Source: Nemertoderma westbladi | Lineage: Eukaryota > Animalia > Xenacoelomorpha | Reading direction: 5' to 3' | Assembly (NCBI GenBank): GCA_032718475.1 | Contig: JAUCBJ010002283.1 | Location: forward strand, 1-34,250 | DNA: 34,250 nucleotides | Shown: piece by piece, positions 1-13,099 of the stretch | Numbering within the stretch: the first letter of the stretch is position 1 | How the letters are laid out: each line of letters opens with the position of its first letter | Made by a program: the position numbers and the translations under genes | The notes under the pieces: model-generated | Told to the model about the DNA's origin: nothing | The model's input: only the letters and a program-made list of their open reading frames with translations | The model's database searches: none

Positions 1-1366
1 ACATTTCAATATGCTTCTCCTCGAGCTGATTTTCCTCCACTTGTCGTTGGAAGTGTTCGTCCAAAAACTCTTGCAGAGAATAGGTTCGTCCAAGTTCGAT
101 GTCCTCCTCAAGATTCTGGATTTCTCGATCGAACTGTGGTAAGGCTAATTCTTTTACCGCTTGGACTTGCTGCTGCAATTTACGTTTATCTAAACAATCG
201 TAGGTTCCTTTTCCGATCTTTTGCCGAATAGCGTCTAACGCGTTTCGTCCAACGCTCTCCTCCACCTCAGTGACGGGTTGTATCGGGGTTAAACCAGGAC
301 GATTAAACGGTTTAAACGTCGATATTAAATGTCCGCGTCCCAATCCGGCTAGGTAGGATGGGCGAATATCTAGAGAGCCCACTACCGGAGTGCCACCGAT
401 TAATTTTTCGGGTAACACTAGATCTTTGAACAGTGAGTACAGTTCAGGAGGATCCGTTATACTATTAGGATCTAGAGTTTGAGGTCTCACCAGGGAATGA
501 GGAGGTCTGACCGAGTATTCCGGGACTCTGATCATCGGTTTATTTAAGGATCGTTTGAGTCGAGCGAGCGTAGGTGATACATCGAACAAGTTTCGCTCGA
601 AACTCCCGTAGGTATAGCGAGTAAAACTGTGTTTAGCGCAACGTCTCCGCGGATGTTTATGTCTTTCCGTTTGTTGGTTGGGTCTAGGGCATTCGTCACA
701 ATAATACCAAAGACGCACATCTTGTAGGGGAAACGCGGGTGATCTTTCTCCAGTTTAACAATATTCCTCCATCTGTTCGAAGCTATCCGGTACAACAGGT
801 AGAGGTCGATCGGCAGTAAGATACATCATAGTGAAATAGAGTCATTTGAGTTCTATCATAGGGTCAGGATGTATACCTTGAGGATATCGAGTTTCTAGGT
901 TTTATTGACTGGCTACATTGAGATATGTTTCTCTCAAGAATTCCAAATATTCGTTGAAGTCACGGTGTTTATCCGGTTCTTCAATGTCTTCTCTTTCGAG
1001 TTGGTTTCGAATAGAATTTTCGTGTTCTATTCTCAGTTTATCGTTCCGACTCCGCTGGGTATGATATTTAAATAGGATCATTTCCCTTTCGGTGTCTACA
1101 TCGTCCGTTTCGTGTAAATCGATAGGATGACCAGTAGTTAAGAAGTCCATATACGTACCATTATGATGCGTATAGCGAGCGGTGAATTTTCTATAGTCCA
1201 ATTCACGCGTGAGTTGTTCCTTTGACATTGGCGGTTCGATATAACGGCCATCGTCCTCCGTAGTGGGTTGACTAGCGTCGCCGCGTATTAAAATATCAAC
1301 AAACGCTTGCAATGGTAGGGTATATTGCTCCCTGATACCAAGATCATCTTCTATCAACTCAGTCAT
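1..1366 (-). pseudogene. Long orphan reading frame (at least 455 codons, runs off the left edge); retroelement-associated, either an extra ORF or the gag N-terminus of a third element
   Basis: Manual translation: ORF 902..1366 continues in the same frame past stops at 902-904 (TAA), 842-844 (TGA) and 755-757 (TAA), then stays open to position 1 (...WYYCDECPRP...HKHPRRRCAKH...LQQQVQAVKELALPQFDREIQNLEEDIE...). Confidence 0.6.
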
Positions 1367-2185
1367 AGCTGCTATATGAGTTTATCAATATTATAATTAA
1401 CGATATATAGGCTAGCGGTCATTGCTGCCTCCCCCTCAATGCCCCCGGACAGCGCAAGCTCCTCAGTGCTGATGTACTGTCGCCGCTGTGTCTCTCGCCA
1501 ACGTAGTAGCTACACAACGACAACAACAACCAGCGCGAGTCACTCCACTGTCCATCCCAAGGGCTCAGAATTACTTCAGGTTCTTGCTACAGAGGCAGGG
1601 TAACTTTCACAACTGCGACTCGCTACTGTAAACACACTTTAGTAGTAACATTCACCTATAAACGCACAAATTCCACACAACTGTCACAAATTGTACACAT
1701 TCGGGCCATTTGTCCATTAGTCAAGTGCCTTCCAGAATGCCACGTTATTATTATGTATCCCTGGATACTAGCAGTGTGCTATTTATTCCGTATGCTATTC
1801 AATGGGGCAAGCTTTCTATTGTTCTTTAACTCGCTTCTAATTCTAGCGTGGTTGTTGCTATGGTGACATTATGGAAAGCTAGCAGTAGAATTAGGGTAAT
1901 TCTCATGCATACAGATCTGGGATGCTATTTAATAGTAATTCTTTAATTGTCAATATTCCCCTTTATACATGATTTTATGAATTTTATCGGCTATTGACTA
2001 TATGTTGGAGATTCTTGCACACTAATATACTTAATAGGGTGAATCTCCGCTCCCATGATCTATTAATTAATGGAATTTTGGGAATGTTATAAATTGTATA
2101 AAATGACAATTTATCAAATTCATGAGAGGATATGAATTTAAATTTATTCCCGTAAATTTTATTATTTAATATTAAAATAGACACA

Positions 2186-2568
2186 ATTTATTCCAGAGCA
2201 TGTCTGGGGACTAGGATCCTTAATTCTAGGAAATTTGTCCTTTTAAGAGTATCGGTAAGTGCTACGATATCTTAATCGACTAGAATTTTAAAGGATCTGA
2301 ATTTTAACAGATTTTGGATTTCTAGATTTTCTTGGTTTACAAACACCTTAGAGTTTATTTGTCTGCATTTAATCTATTATAACATTTGTTTTAATAGATT
2401 TTTGTAAATATTAAATAGTTAATATTTAAGATGGGCACCGATTTATTCCAGAACTTGTCTGGGGACGTTAACCACTGATTCTAGAATTTTGTCTTTCAAG
2501 TATATCGGTGGGTGCCACGATATCTTAATCGACTAGAATTACAGATGGTCAAAGGGTTTAACAGATTT
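2186..2568. repeat. Imperfect direct repeat of about 130 bp (2186-2314 and 2441-2568)
   Basis: Shared blocks atttattccaga, tgtctggggac, tatcggt, acgatatcttaatcgactagaatt and tttaacagattt occur in the same order in both copies. Confidence 0.85.
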
Positions 2569-2589
2569 ATTTTTGCGTTTTACGCTACT

Positions 2590-3096
2590 GTTAAAGGGAC
2601 ATCACGCTACTATACAGTATGTATTATTTAATATACGGTATAAGAGCAATATTGCAAGAAGCAATGTCAGTGAGAAGAGGCAAGTCGTTTCCAAGGTCTA
2701 CCCAGAGCTTGGTTTAGCTGAGACACGAGGATCTGAACTTTGCATTCCTAATACTCTACTTACCAATAATACTTGAGTATAGTAGGAGCTTTATTGTACT
2801 TTAATAAGTACGGACATTTCATCTTACTGTAGTCATGTATTTATAATATGATACGGACAGTAAGGAAAGAGAAAAAGAATTATTTCTCGCCGTTGCACTA
2901 AATATATAATATTAAGTAATTAAGTAATAAACACGAATATATATATTGCACTAATCTACTAAATAATCACTAAAATAACATTCTACTAAAGAAAATTAAA
3001 GAAAACGATTATAATATTAAAATTATGTAATAATACATACATAAATATAAAAATAATAAAAACAAATATAAAATAATGTAGTCACACACCCACTCC
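2590..3096 (-). promoter_or_regulatory. Candidate PPT plus 3' LTR of element A (left boundary uncertain)
   Basis: On the minus strand just after the pol stop: GGAGTGGGTG (3096-3087), then TGTGAC at 3086, an AT-rich U3-like tract, TATAAATA near 2845 and AATAAA at 2795-2790. No second copy was found in the window. Confidence 0.4.
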
Positions 3097-3104
3097 AGAC
3101 GCTG

Positions 3105-5395
3105 TTACGTTGGGGAGTCCCTAGATGTTTGTTGGATTAGGGAGGTGGTCGTGGGAAGAGTATCTTTCCTTCCATAGTTTCTGGATAGTTCTCTGTCTAT
3201 TTCCAGTAAACATAAACGACCAACTGGGCGATTGAGTTGTTGTGTTTCGAATACAATTCCAGGTTTCTTAAAGTTACGTCGCATCATGCACGACGAGTTC
3301 TACCGATTGCACTAAACCATCTTCGGATATATGAGTCTCGATGATACGACCTGTCTGCCACCGCTTACGTGGAAGATCTGATTCCACAATAAGGACCATG
3401 TCTCCGGCGCTGACGTTTTCTTGCTGCGCAAACCACTTGGTTCGAAGTTGTAGCGTAGGCAGATAATGTTTTTCGAAATGGTCAGCGAAACGAAGGGATA
3501 ATAACTGCATGAGTTGCCAAGTTTGTCGGCAGTATTCGTCTCCGTCCGTGATTTCCGATTGTGGGAGCATGGCTACAGGTTTCTTCAGTAGGAAATGCGC
3601 GGGTTTTAGCGCTTCTAGGGAGTCGGGACTCGATGAGACTGGCATAAGCGGTCTCTTGTTAAGATAGGCGGCGATTTCCTCCATTAACGTCCGCAAAAGT
3701 TCGTCGGTGAGATACGCGCGGCAAGGCACTATTAAGTGAAATGCGGTCTTCACGCTCCTTATTAATCTCTCCCAACTTCCTCCCCACCAGGGGGCGTCGG
3801 CGGCGTTGAAGGTCCAGCTAGATGCTGTTACCCTTAGCTGATCGTCCACCTGTCTTTGGTTCCAATCTTTAACGTAAGCTTTGATCTCATTATTGGCGCC
3901 AATGAAGTTTGTTCCCTTATCAGATCTCATCGTGTTGCTAGTTCCAAAGCGAGCAATCTGTCGGCGTAAACTCAGTATGAAGCTGTTGGTAGATAGATCG
4001 TTCACCATATCTAGATGGATCGCTCTACAAGTCATACAGACAAAGATGACACACCATCGCTTGACTATAGTCCTAGCACGATATACTTCAATAGGGCCAA
4101 ATATTCCCACCGGTATTAGTAAAGGGTGGTTCATAGAAGCTTACTCGTTCCCTAGGTAATTCTGCCTCTCGCTGTGTTAAAGGCCTACTGAATGCTTCCC
4201 TACATGGTATACAGTTCCTAAGAACTTGGTTCAGAGCTCTACGGGGTTTATGGAAATAATAGCGAGTTCGAATTTTGCTAAGAACTCGTTCTCTACCAGC
4301 ATAGTAAAGCCTACTGTGAACATCTACAATCATCTTGATTTGTATTTCAAGATTTCTAATGAGTATGGGAAACTTAGTGTCAAAGGATAATGGAGCATTA
4401 GTTAGTCTCCCTCCAACACGTATTAACCCATCTATCATTGTGCTAGAGAAACGATCCCTTAAGCGCATCTGTGGATTTCTCAACAACAGGAAATACTTAT
4501 CGGAATTTTCATAGCATTGCAGGAGTCTCAGGATCTGCTTATTGGTTTCTTCATGCTCTTGATAACTGATCTTCTCCATCAGAAACCTATCCGACACTTT
4601 GTATTTGGGAAGATCATTAATAGCATGGACCTGCTCGGATGTCAGTGGAGCGGTATCACTAGCGATCTTCGTCCTGGAGTAGTGATGATGGAAGCATCGC
4701 TTCAAATACATGACGGCCTTACAAAGCCGATTCCAGGAGCTATAGTGGTTTATTGCTCTCTGCAGGAGAGTTGAGAGTCCTTGCGAGACGTCTGGTGTTC
4801 CAGATTTCCAGTCTCTTTCTCTGATGTCTATAACGGATTTATTTGTGGCGGGGGAGTTTAGATCCACAGCGTCGTCCCCGGAAATGTGTAGTACAGACAG
4901 ATCTATCACGGGTTTAAATAACTTTGATTTACTCGTCCGGGTTTTAGGTTTGACTTTCTCCGCTCCCTTGGCTTGTCTAATCTCAGCCGTGGTAAGATGA
5001 GGAGGCCATTCATCCTCTTCTTTACTTAGGAAGTCGGGTCCACCTAACCAGTCTGGAGTATCTATCAGTTCTTGAGGAGTTGCTCCTCTGGAGGCGATGT
5101 CGGCTGGATTAATCGTCCCAGGGCAATGTCTCCATTGATCTGCAGTAGAGCGACTAAGTATAATGGCTACTCTGTTGGTAACGAAAATGCTGAACTGACA
5201 GACTTCATTGGTTATGTACTCCAAAACGAGCAAAGCATCAGTCCATTCTCCAGTGGATAGTCGATTTGTTCTGTTACATTCCGGCCGATGGCTGTAGTGT
5301 ATAGAGCCGCCTTTAACTCCGCTCGAGGAACTCGAAGTTTGTTGTTTATCAAGGCCTTAGAGGTAACCAAGGCAACTTTGATTCCATCTGGAGTT
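3105..5395 (-). pseudogene. Element A RNase H C-terminal part, linker and integrase
   Basis: VTSKA..PRAELKAA, WTDALLVL, FVTNRV, QWRHCPGTINPADIASRG, GLIRVGGRL, H..YAG..CIPC zinc-binding remnant, FVCMTCRAIHLD, SDKGTNF, APWWGGSWERL, LNKRPL, RWQTGRI, RPVGRLCLL. Confidence 0.95.
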
Positions 5396-6450
5396 TCAAC
5401 GGGAAATCGTAAAGTTCTCGATGGATGGTAGAGAATCTTCCCATTTCATCCACTTCTTTAGTAGTTCTCCCTTCAGTGGATCGTCCCACGAGTGGTTTTC
5501 AAGCCACATTTGTTGCACAAAGCTCCGAGCACCCAATATAACTGGGCTAATAAATCCCAATAGATCGAAATAAGTGCTCAGGATACTTAGAGAAATCCAT
5601 TTAGTTCTAACTGGATTATCTCGCTGTTTTAACTGGAAAAACAAGATATCTCTCTCCGAGTCCCATTTCAAACCAAGCGTCTTGGTTTCCGGAAGATCGT
5701 CCTTGATGAGGTCTAGATCTTTAACACCTCGGTCTTCTACCGGGATCGATTCCAGAAACTCACGGGAGTTACTAGTGAATTTGGTTAGTCGAAATCCACC
5801 GCGTTTCAAGCACTCTACCATTCCCTTGGCAACATCAATGGCTTCTTCCACTGATGGGAGGGACTTTAAATTATCGTCCATGTATATATCCCGTTTGATG
5901 TTGTCGATAACCACTTTAGAGAAGGCGTCTCGGTTGTCATCAGCAGTGGTACGCACTACTGAACAAGCGTTCGAGGGGCTCGAGATGATCCCGAAAGCCT
6001 GGATGGTCATCCAGTACTCCACCGGTTTTTGGTTGAGGTCTCCTTCAGGCCACCACAGAAATCGTAGGCTGTCTCGATCCCTATCCAGCGCCTTGACTTG
6101 TAAGAACATGCCTTCTATATCCGAAGCGAAAGCGATAGAATATTGCCGTAATCTTAATAGTATTCCCAACAAGGATTGGAGTAAGTTGGGTCCCGGCAAC
6201 AATTCGGAGTTCAGGGATTGGCCCATGTAAAGGGCGGAGCCGTCGAACACTACCCGGACTTCATTGGGTTTACCGGGTTTGGGAATGTAATGATGTGTTA
6301 GATAATACGTTCTCTCTGTGATGGGTGTTTCTTCCGGTACTCGCTCCGCGTATCCCTTATCAATAAATTTCTTCAGCTGGGTCTTATACATTTCCCTGGC
6401 TGAGACATTGGCCGTAAGACGCCGATGTAGTTGCGCGATTCTCTTCTCCG
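5396..6450 (-). pseudogene. Element A reverse transcriptase
   Basis: YYLTHH, VRVVFDGS, SLNSELLPGPNL, DIEGMFLQV, LRFLW, FGIISSP, YMDD, GGFRLTKF, LGLKWD. Confidence 0.95.
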
Positions 6451-9400
6451 CTAAGGTCGGTTATTTATAAAGTTGGGTTCTCGCCGAAGACCAATCTCAT
6501 AGCAACCTTGATCTTTAAGAAAACGGGTAGTCGTTTCCTGAATCTGCTTGGCTCTCTCTTCCACGACGGACAGGGCCTTGTCGTAGGAATTAGGCTCTAC
6601 TGCTTCTTGAGTAAAGAATCGTACGGCGTGTTCATCGCGAATCTTATTGTTGTATCGATCTATCACCTCGTTTAATTCGTCGTTGAATTGTCCGCCATGA
6701 TTGATGAGATGGCACAGGTTTACTTGGTTTAACCACGCTTCAATTGTATTTTCCTCGTCGAATAATTGGTTAATATCGTCATTATCTGAGGAGTATGGTG
6801 TTCCCTCAGTTGTGGTTTCTCCTTCACTAATTTCTTCTTCCCATTCACTCACTTGATGTATCCTTTCTTGAGGAAGTCTTTCCATCAGTGTTCTACGGGA
6901 AGGTCCAGTGAAGTACCAACCTACTCTCGTTCTTCCCGCATATGTTTGTAATGGTTGCGGTCGAGCAGGCCGTTTTTCTAATGTCTCAAGCGCCTCGTGC
7001 GCATTTTGGCCGATCAATATCTGTACCCCTGGGTAGTCGGTGTTGAATCTAGGGATATCATGCTGCTGGGTAAAATGAGGACAACATGTGGACAACGCGC
7101 CTATATAGTAATCTGTAGCTACTGTGGATTTCCAAACCTGCATAATTCCTGAAAGGTTCAACTTAGTTCGGAACTTGGGTTGTCCAGCAAAGATGTCTTC
7201 GGCTAGTTCTTTGTCGATGAATGTACCTGTGCTGCCAGAGTCAAGGAGGGCGTTTACTATAAAACTCTTACCTAGCCCGTGGACTCTCAGCTGCACCACT
7301 GGGAATTCCAGGATTCCGACGTTGGAAGTTGGCGCTTTCCAAGATGGTTGTCGGTCCGGAATAGTCAGTTGCACTTTGTTATCGGTTTCAGTCTCATACG
7401 TAAGCGCTCGATACACTGCGGTGTTTATCATATAACAGGATTCATTTTCGTCAGAGAATTCGTCCGTGTAGAATCCTTCCATCTCAGAGCTGTGGTCAGT
7501 GTTGTTCACATCACTGAATTGGACATGTAGTTCGGGCTCACTTACCTGACTCGTGCGGGTTCTTTCAAATTCTGTGTGCAGCAAGATATGATGTTTCGCG
7601 CCGCACTTAGCACACCTCACGTCTGAGTAACAGGTCCGCCGTTGGTGTCCTCGTCTGAGACAATTATAACACAACCGCTTAACCCACATGACATCACGTC
7701 TATCCTTTAGGGATTTCTTCAAGATTTCATCACATCCACTCAAGCGATGGGGCCCATCCCACAATGCACATTTTGGTTTGATGGTACTTACTTTACACTG
7801 TGTGGTGTTGTGCATACGTGTTCTTTCCTCGGGCTTTCTTCCATGAATTCTCTTAGGAGACGTGGGAGGAGTTGTTGTTACTTGTTCTCTCCTGTCACTG
7901 GTTCGAGACTTAGATTTACTTACGTCTTTACGTGTTTTGTTGACATAGTAAGATCTTTCGGTGTCTTTCCCGCTGTTCTCCTCGTGGGAGGTCTGGCTTT
8001 CGCCGTCATCTGTATAACACACTGGTGTTACCTTTCTCCTAGAAACGGGTTTTTCACTCACCTTGTTTTCCGGTGTCTTCTCTCGGGACTGCTTTAGGAG
8101 CTGTAATCTTACCTCTCCATTTAAGAATGACATGAGATCAGCCATGGTAGGGTCCCTTTGTTGCTGGTCCATCATATAGAGAACTCTTTTGTCCCAACGA
8201 GCACCTACTCCACCCTTTGGCAAATTAGATGCTATGGCTCCAACAACCATGGAACTCTGATATTCCTGAGACTTACCTAACCAATCTAGTTGCCTACAGA
8301 TCTCCTGAATCTCATCGGAAAACTCTATAATCCCGCTGCTAAGAAACTTTCAGGGCGCTACTAATTTTGCATACAAATACCTAGCTATGTTAGTCCTATT
8401 ACCATACCTGATGTTTAGTGTATCCCAAACTTGTCTTAATCCATCTGGATGTCCAATAAACTTTAACGCCATTAACTTGGGAGGTCCTTCCAAGCACTCG
8501 ATGAGGAATCTAAGTTTCTCTCCGTTAGATAGTACAGAGTTCTGTATGTTATCTTTATAATACTCATTAAAAGGTAACCATTTCATCTCATCTCCATTGA
8601 ACTTGACGATCTCTCCCACCTTTACCGCTTGACGGGCTTCGGTTCTAGCCATTTGACGCATAAAACTTTCTTGGGCCATCGTATTATTTAATACCGAGTT
8701 ATCGGTATATAAATTTTTCGGATTATGATCAGGCCTATATGGAATATCATCAACAGGTTTATAATTACCATTAATAGGGTTTACTATAGGGGTTTCTACT
8801 TCACTAGCAGTATAGATGTGTGTAGGCTCCACACCTTGTGCATGAAATACTTCAGACCTAACAGGTTGACACATTGTTACAGGGGGTGGTGGTATACCCC
8901 TTTGTATATTTACTAATTTATCTCTTTCTAAAGCGATACTCTGCTGCACTTCTTGCAACTCTAACCTACTCTCTCTTACTGTTCCCTTTAACTGCTGAAC
9001 AGTCCCTTCCAACTCTCGTACCTGTTGGGAGGAACGTATACGATGTTCCTCCAGCTGCCCGAGCAGGAGATCCATCCCCCGCCGTCCCTCATCCACCCAC
9101 TCTACCACCGAAGCGGGAGCCGCCAACATAGTAGCGGGTAGACGAGGAACGACGGGCGACAAATCGTTGATGTCTTGCTCGGCGTCCAGGACCGGGATTG
9201 ATTCAGGGGCTGCTCTACTGGGCACAGGTAGTTTAGTACTGTGCAAAGGGAATTAGAGTTAGGTGCTGGAAGTACAGGGGTCTCTATCACAGAGGGAGTG
9301 GCTTTGAGAACAGGCCTAATTATTTCAGGCTCATCTACTATAGTAGGGAGTCTTTCTACTCTAATAATTTGGTCTGTAGGCTCAGGAATACTTAAATCTA

Positions 9401-10965
9401 CACTAGCTAGTTGCCTTCTCACAGCTGGGGGCAAATTAGGCAATTTCTGCCGGTGCAGCGCCCTTCTACATCCGCATGAACGAGATTTATTTCCTCTACC
9501 TTCAGGATCGGTTGTATCGCCTTCATCAGAGGATGTAAATCCCTGTCTCCTGGGAGTAGATCGACTTAGCATCTGCATCTGGGTAGCTGTTCTCTGTTTA
9601 TTTAAGTAATCTTGCTTCACTTGAAGATTTTCCAACTCTAGTTGGGTTGTCTGTTCAGATGCCCTTCTTTCTGCTTCAGCCACTTCCGCTTTTCTTTCAG
9701 CTTCTGCTACTGCTGCCGCTGCCTTTCTTTCAGCCTCTGCCGCGACCGCTGCCGCTTTTCTTTCAGATTCCGCCGCGGCCGCTGACCTTCAGTCTTCTAT
9801 TTGCTTTTTCTTAAGCTGCTCTTCTTGTTCCATAGCGATGAAGATGCTTTCATCAAATTTAGCCTGCTCTGCGGCTAACATTTCCGCATCTAATGAGTCT
9901 AACACAAATTTGGCTCCCTCACTATTAGGGTGAAGTCCAGCTAGCCGTCTCCTTAACTCTTTGTCACCTATAAATCGTTGATAGTCCGACCGATAGATGT
10001 CAATAGCATCCTTCTTCTGAGGTTTCTCGGATATAGCTTCGCTTTCCACCTGAGAAAAGGTAGCGTCTGTTGACTCTCCGTGGGTCATGCGCTTGGTTAG
10101 CTGAGCTTTCCATTGTGTCGTTCCCCGGACTTTAAGACTCACCCGTTGGAACCAAGTGTTTACGGCCACTTGCAACGACGTGTCTTGGCTTCTCTTCGAA
10201 GCTTCTTCAAAGGCCGAAAGGATTAGTCTGATCCGTAAAATTCGTTCTCGCACTTGATAAAGCAGCTCTCCCTGCTCTTGAGGTCCTTGACGTTGTTGAA
10301 ACTGGTGTTCCTCTAGGCGCTCCAAAGAGCTGAAGAATCCCTGGACATACGTATCGTACGATACAACACGGTACAGCTGGATCTCGAGTGTCTCTTACTA
10401 CTCCCATCCTGTATAAGTCCTCCCAGGCAGCTTCCGATAAGTTAAACGGGAGTCCGGGTCCGGGGAAGTTCCATTGCGTCTCGACAATAGACTTCAGTTC
10501 CTCCATTGTGTATCCCGCATAACTGTCTCTGGTCGATCGCTTACTTCTCGCCCAATCGATTTGATGTTCTTCCACAGCGATCAATACTCTCGTGAGTACG
10601 GCTCCAGGAAGAATTAGAAGTGGATCTGGATAAACTGCTTCTACCATCCTTGCTCCAATTTCGGGTGTCAACTCAACAGTGTCTGAACTACTGGAGTTAT
10701 TGGGCTGTTGAGAAATAAGTTCTCAGTTCGGGTGCTGCTGCTGTTTAACAGCTGCCTCTTGGTCCCGCTTGACCTGAGCCCTAGTGCCTATAATAGACCT
10801 ATGGTGCCTTACTAGCCTAGGGTCTGATACTACTACTGTAGGGATGACCTTTCTTACAGTAGGAGGGGACTTGGACTTCGGTCTCAGATTTTCTATACTC
10901 CTATCTGAGTCACAGACTGTTCTTTCTAAGAGACTATCTGACAGTGTTTGTTTTGTGTCAGCCAT
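6451..10965 (-). pseudogene. Element A gag (long N-terminal extension, coiled coil, Bel/Pao gag core, Zn-knuckles) and aspartic protease
   Basis: KFNGDEMKWLPF..EKLRFLIECLEG..LNIRYGN gag core; CALWDGPHRLSGC, CYNCLRRGHQRRTC and CAKCGAKHHILLH knuckles; NALLDSGSTGTFI protease; in-frame TGA at 10723, 9789 and 8350. Confidence 0.9.
9655..9790 (-). repeat. Imperfect coding tandem repeat of about 33 bp, (AAAAxAEAERK)n, in the element A gag coiled coil
   Basis: Recurring gcttttctttcag and gcctttctttcagc units. Confidence 0.75.
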
Positions 10966-13099
10966 AATTTATTTTACAGTTGAATGCCTACTACTATAAC
11001 GACAGTTAAAGCAAGTCTAGTAATTCAGTATCGACTGTAAGCCTAGTAATTACTACCGATACCGTTACTCAGTGTAACGTGATATATATATAATATATTA
11101 AAATACCGGTATACTCTTATAGTATATATAAGTATTATTACAGACTAGGTTTAGTCACAGAATACCAGTATATAATTTCAGCCTAAATTTATAGAAATAA
11201 ATATAATAAGCCTATCGCAAATACCGGTAATGTCAATTATTGATAATAACTGAATTTCTGAATTTTAGGGTTACTTTCCTTTACTTTATTACTGTTATTA
11301 AGCAGTAGTCCAACTGATATTAAGACCTAATTGATGTATAACAGGCCTACTATTTTATAAATCTGTTTAAGTTGATTTATAATATATTATGTACCCGTTC
11401 AAGGGGTTTGACAATATTTGAAATAAATGTTATTATTTCTGGGTAAGGAGTCACTACACAGAAGCTGAACGCTCTCAGTGGAGTGCTACCTGATGTACAC
11501 TAAAACAAATAATTATACTTTACTAAGTTACTTATCACTACAAATTACTTACAATTACAGTTTGAGATTATAATCTCTAAATAAACACTAAAAAGTTACA
11601 CATACAATTTTTTAGGGTAATTTTACAAGAAATCTACAAACCAGTCTAACAAGGAGTTAGAATTTCTGGTTCTTACAAACTGACAGGATACTACGGTATT
11701 TGAAAACAATAAAGCAGTAGTAAGTAAATTGCATTGTCCAGATAAGAAAATACCACCGTCTGACGACTTATAGTCTTAGCTCTATAAGTACTACGTTATG
11801 TACCCGGAGTGTCCTTACCTAGAAGTTAATTATCGCAGCCAACCAGAGCTAACGTGCCTATTAACCACTTTACAACACAAATATACTGCCTACACACTAA
11901 TTACTTTCAGAAAGCACTGTACTCTAAACCCTAAATTAGGTACAAGTACTTATACAACAAATAACCAGCAGTTAAATATACTTGAACAGCCAAAAGAACC
12001 ACGGTATCTGCTGGAGTGACCGGAGCACAAAATCACCAGTCTTTACCTATGCCAAGCAGCCCTGATGTAGTACCGGGGTTAATTTAACTATAACGGTATG
12101 TATAACAAGCACAATTACTGTAGGAATAAACTTGGGGGGTTGTAGGTTGTGAATACTCGCATAGACTATGAATAATAAATATTACACTACCCGTGCAGAG
12201 TATACAAACAAAATACAGACCAAATGCTGGCAGACTACTGTCAAGCCTAAATAAACTACAGTATATGCAGACTCCGAAAAGGTTAGTTAGTAGGTGTTCT
12301 AACCGAGTAGTACGACTTATTCTTTCGGGGGGATTTACCTTACAACACTGGATGCCCCCACCTTCCTAACTAGCACTTTATCGGACATACACTCTACACA
12401 CACTGCAATCGTTTCAGACCTAACAACAGTCAGACAACAATCCGGCCTATAAATTATTTATACAATCTGAGCAGGCTTACACGCCTTCTGCTCAATATCA
12501 CACTTACAGATAAATAAAACTGACAGAAATAAATAAGCTCTAAAATAAATAAGGGATGTACAGTCCCTAATCTCTTAAACAGCCTACTAATATACAATAT
12601 ATCACAATCGAAATGATACTGGGTAGTGGGTACCGGTAAGTACCGGTTCGGGTGGTTAGGTAGTTAGGCCTACAGCTTACCATCCGACCGCTACATTAGA
12701 ATTTATTGCCTACAGTGCAATTAAGAAACTACAAAACTATTAATGTTCTTACCAGAACAATAGACAAAATATATTTATTGCCTACTGTGCAATAAAGAAC
12801 AAAATCTATTATTGTTCGCACTTTTAGACCTTTAGCAGTTTAACCTGCCAATTTTAGTTGTCTTCTTGTTTATAAATCGACTTTAGCCTAGACCAATTAT
12901 TTAATGTACTGAAGTTACATCCGCCAAAGCCAGTCTGTGCGCGATCATTCACCCACAGTTAAGGGAGACTGGATTCGGGTGCTTTGAATTTATTGCGGTG
13001 CAGACCTACTGTATTATTAGATTGATCGTTACTATATAATCTCTGACAAATATATTTACTTTCGGGGAAATATTAACAGTTCCTTTAGGACGTGGCGCT

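Larger units (their letters stand above)
3105..10965 (-). mobile_element. Bel/Pao LTR retrotransposon A, decayed gag-pol
   Basis: Domain order is gag, three Zn-knuckles, protease, RT, RNase H, integrase, with Bel/Pao-type motifs. Ten ORF fragments are joined by in-frame stops and frameshifts. Confidence 0.95.

Noticed and set aside
544-795. 83-aa minus-strand ORF
   Set aside because: It overlaps, in another frame, the longer orphan frame that continues from 1366; it is a shadow ORF.
3881-9609. Several plus-strand ORFs, e.g. 5574..6230 (218 aa)
   Set aside because: Antisense shadows of gag-pol with no motifs.
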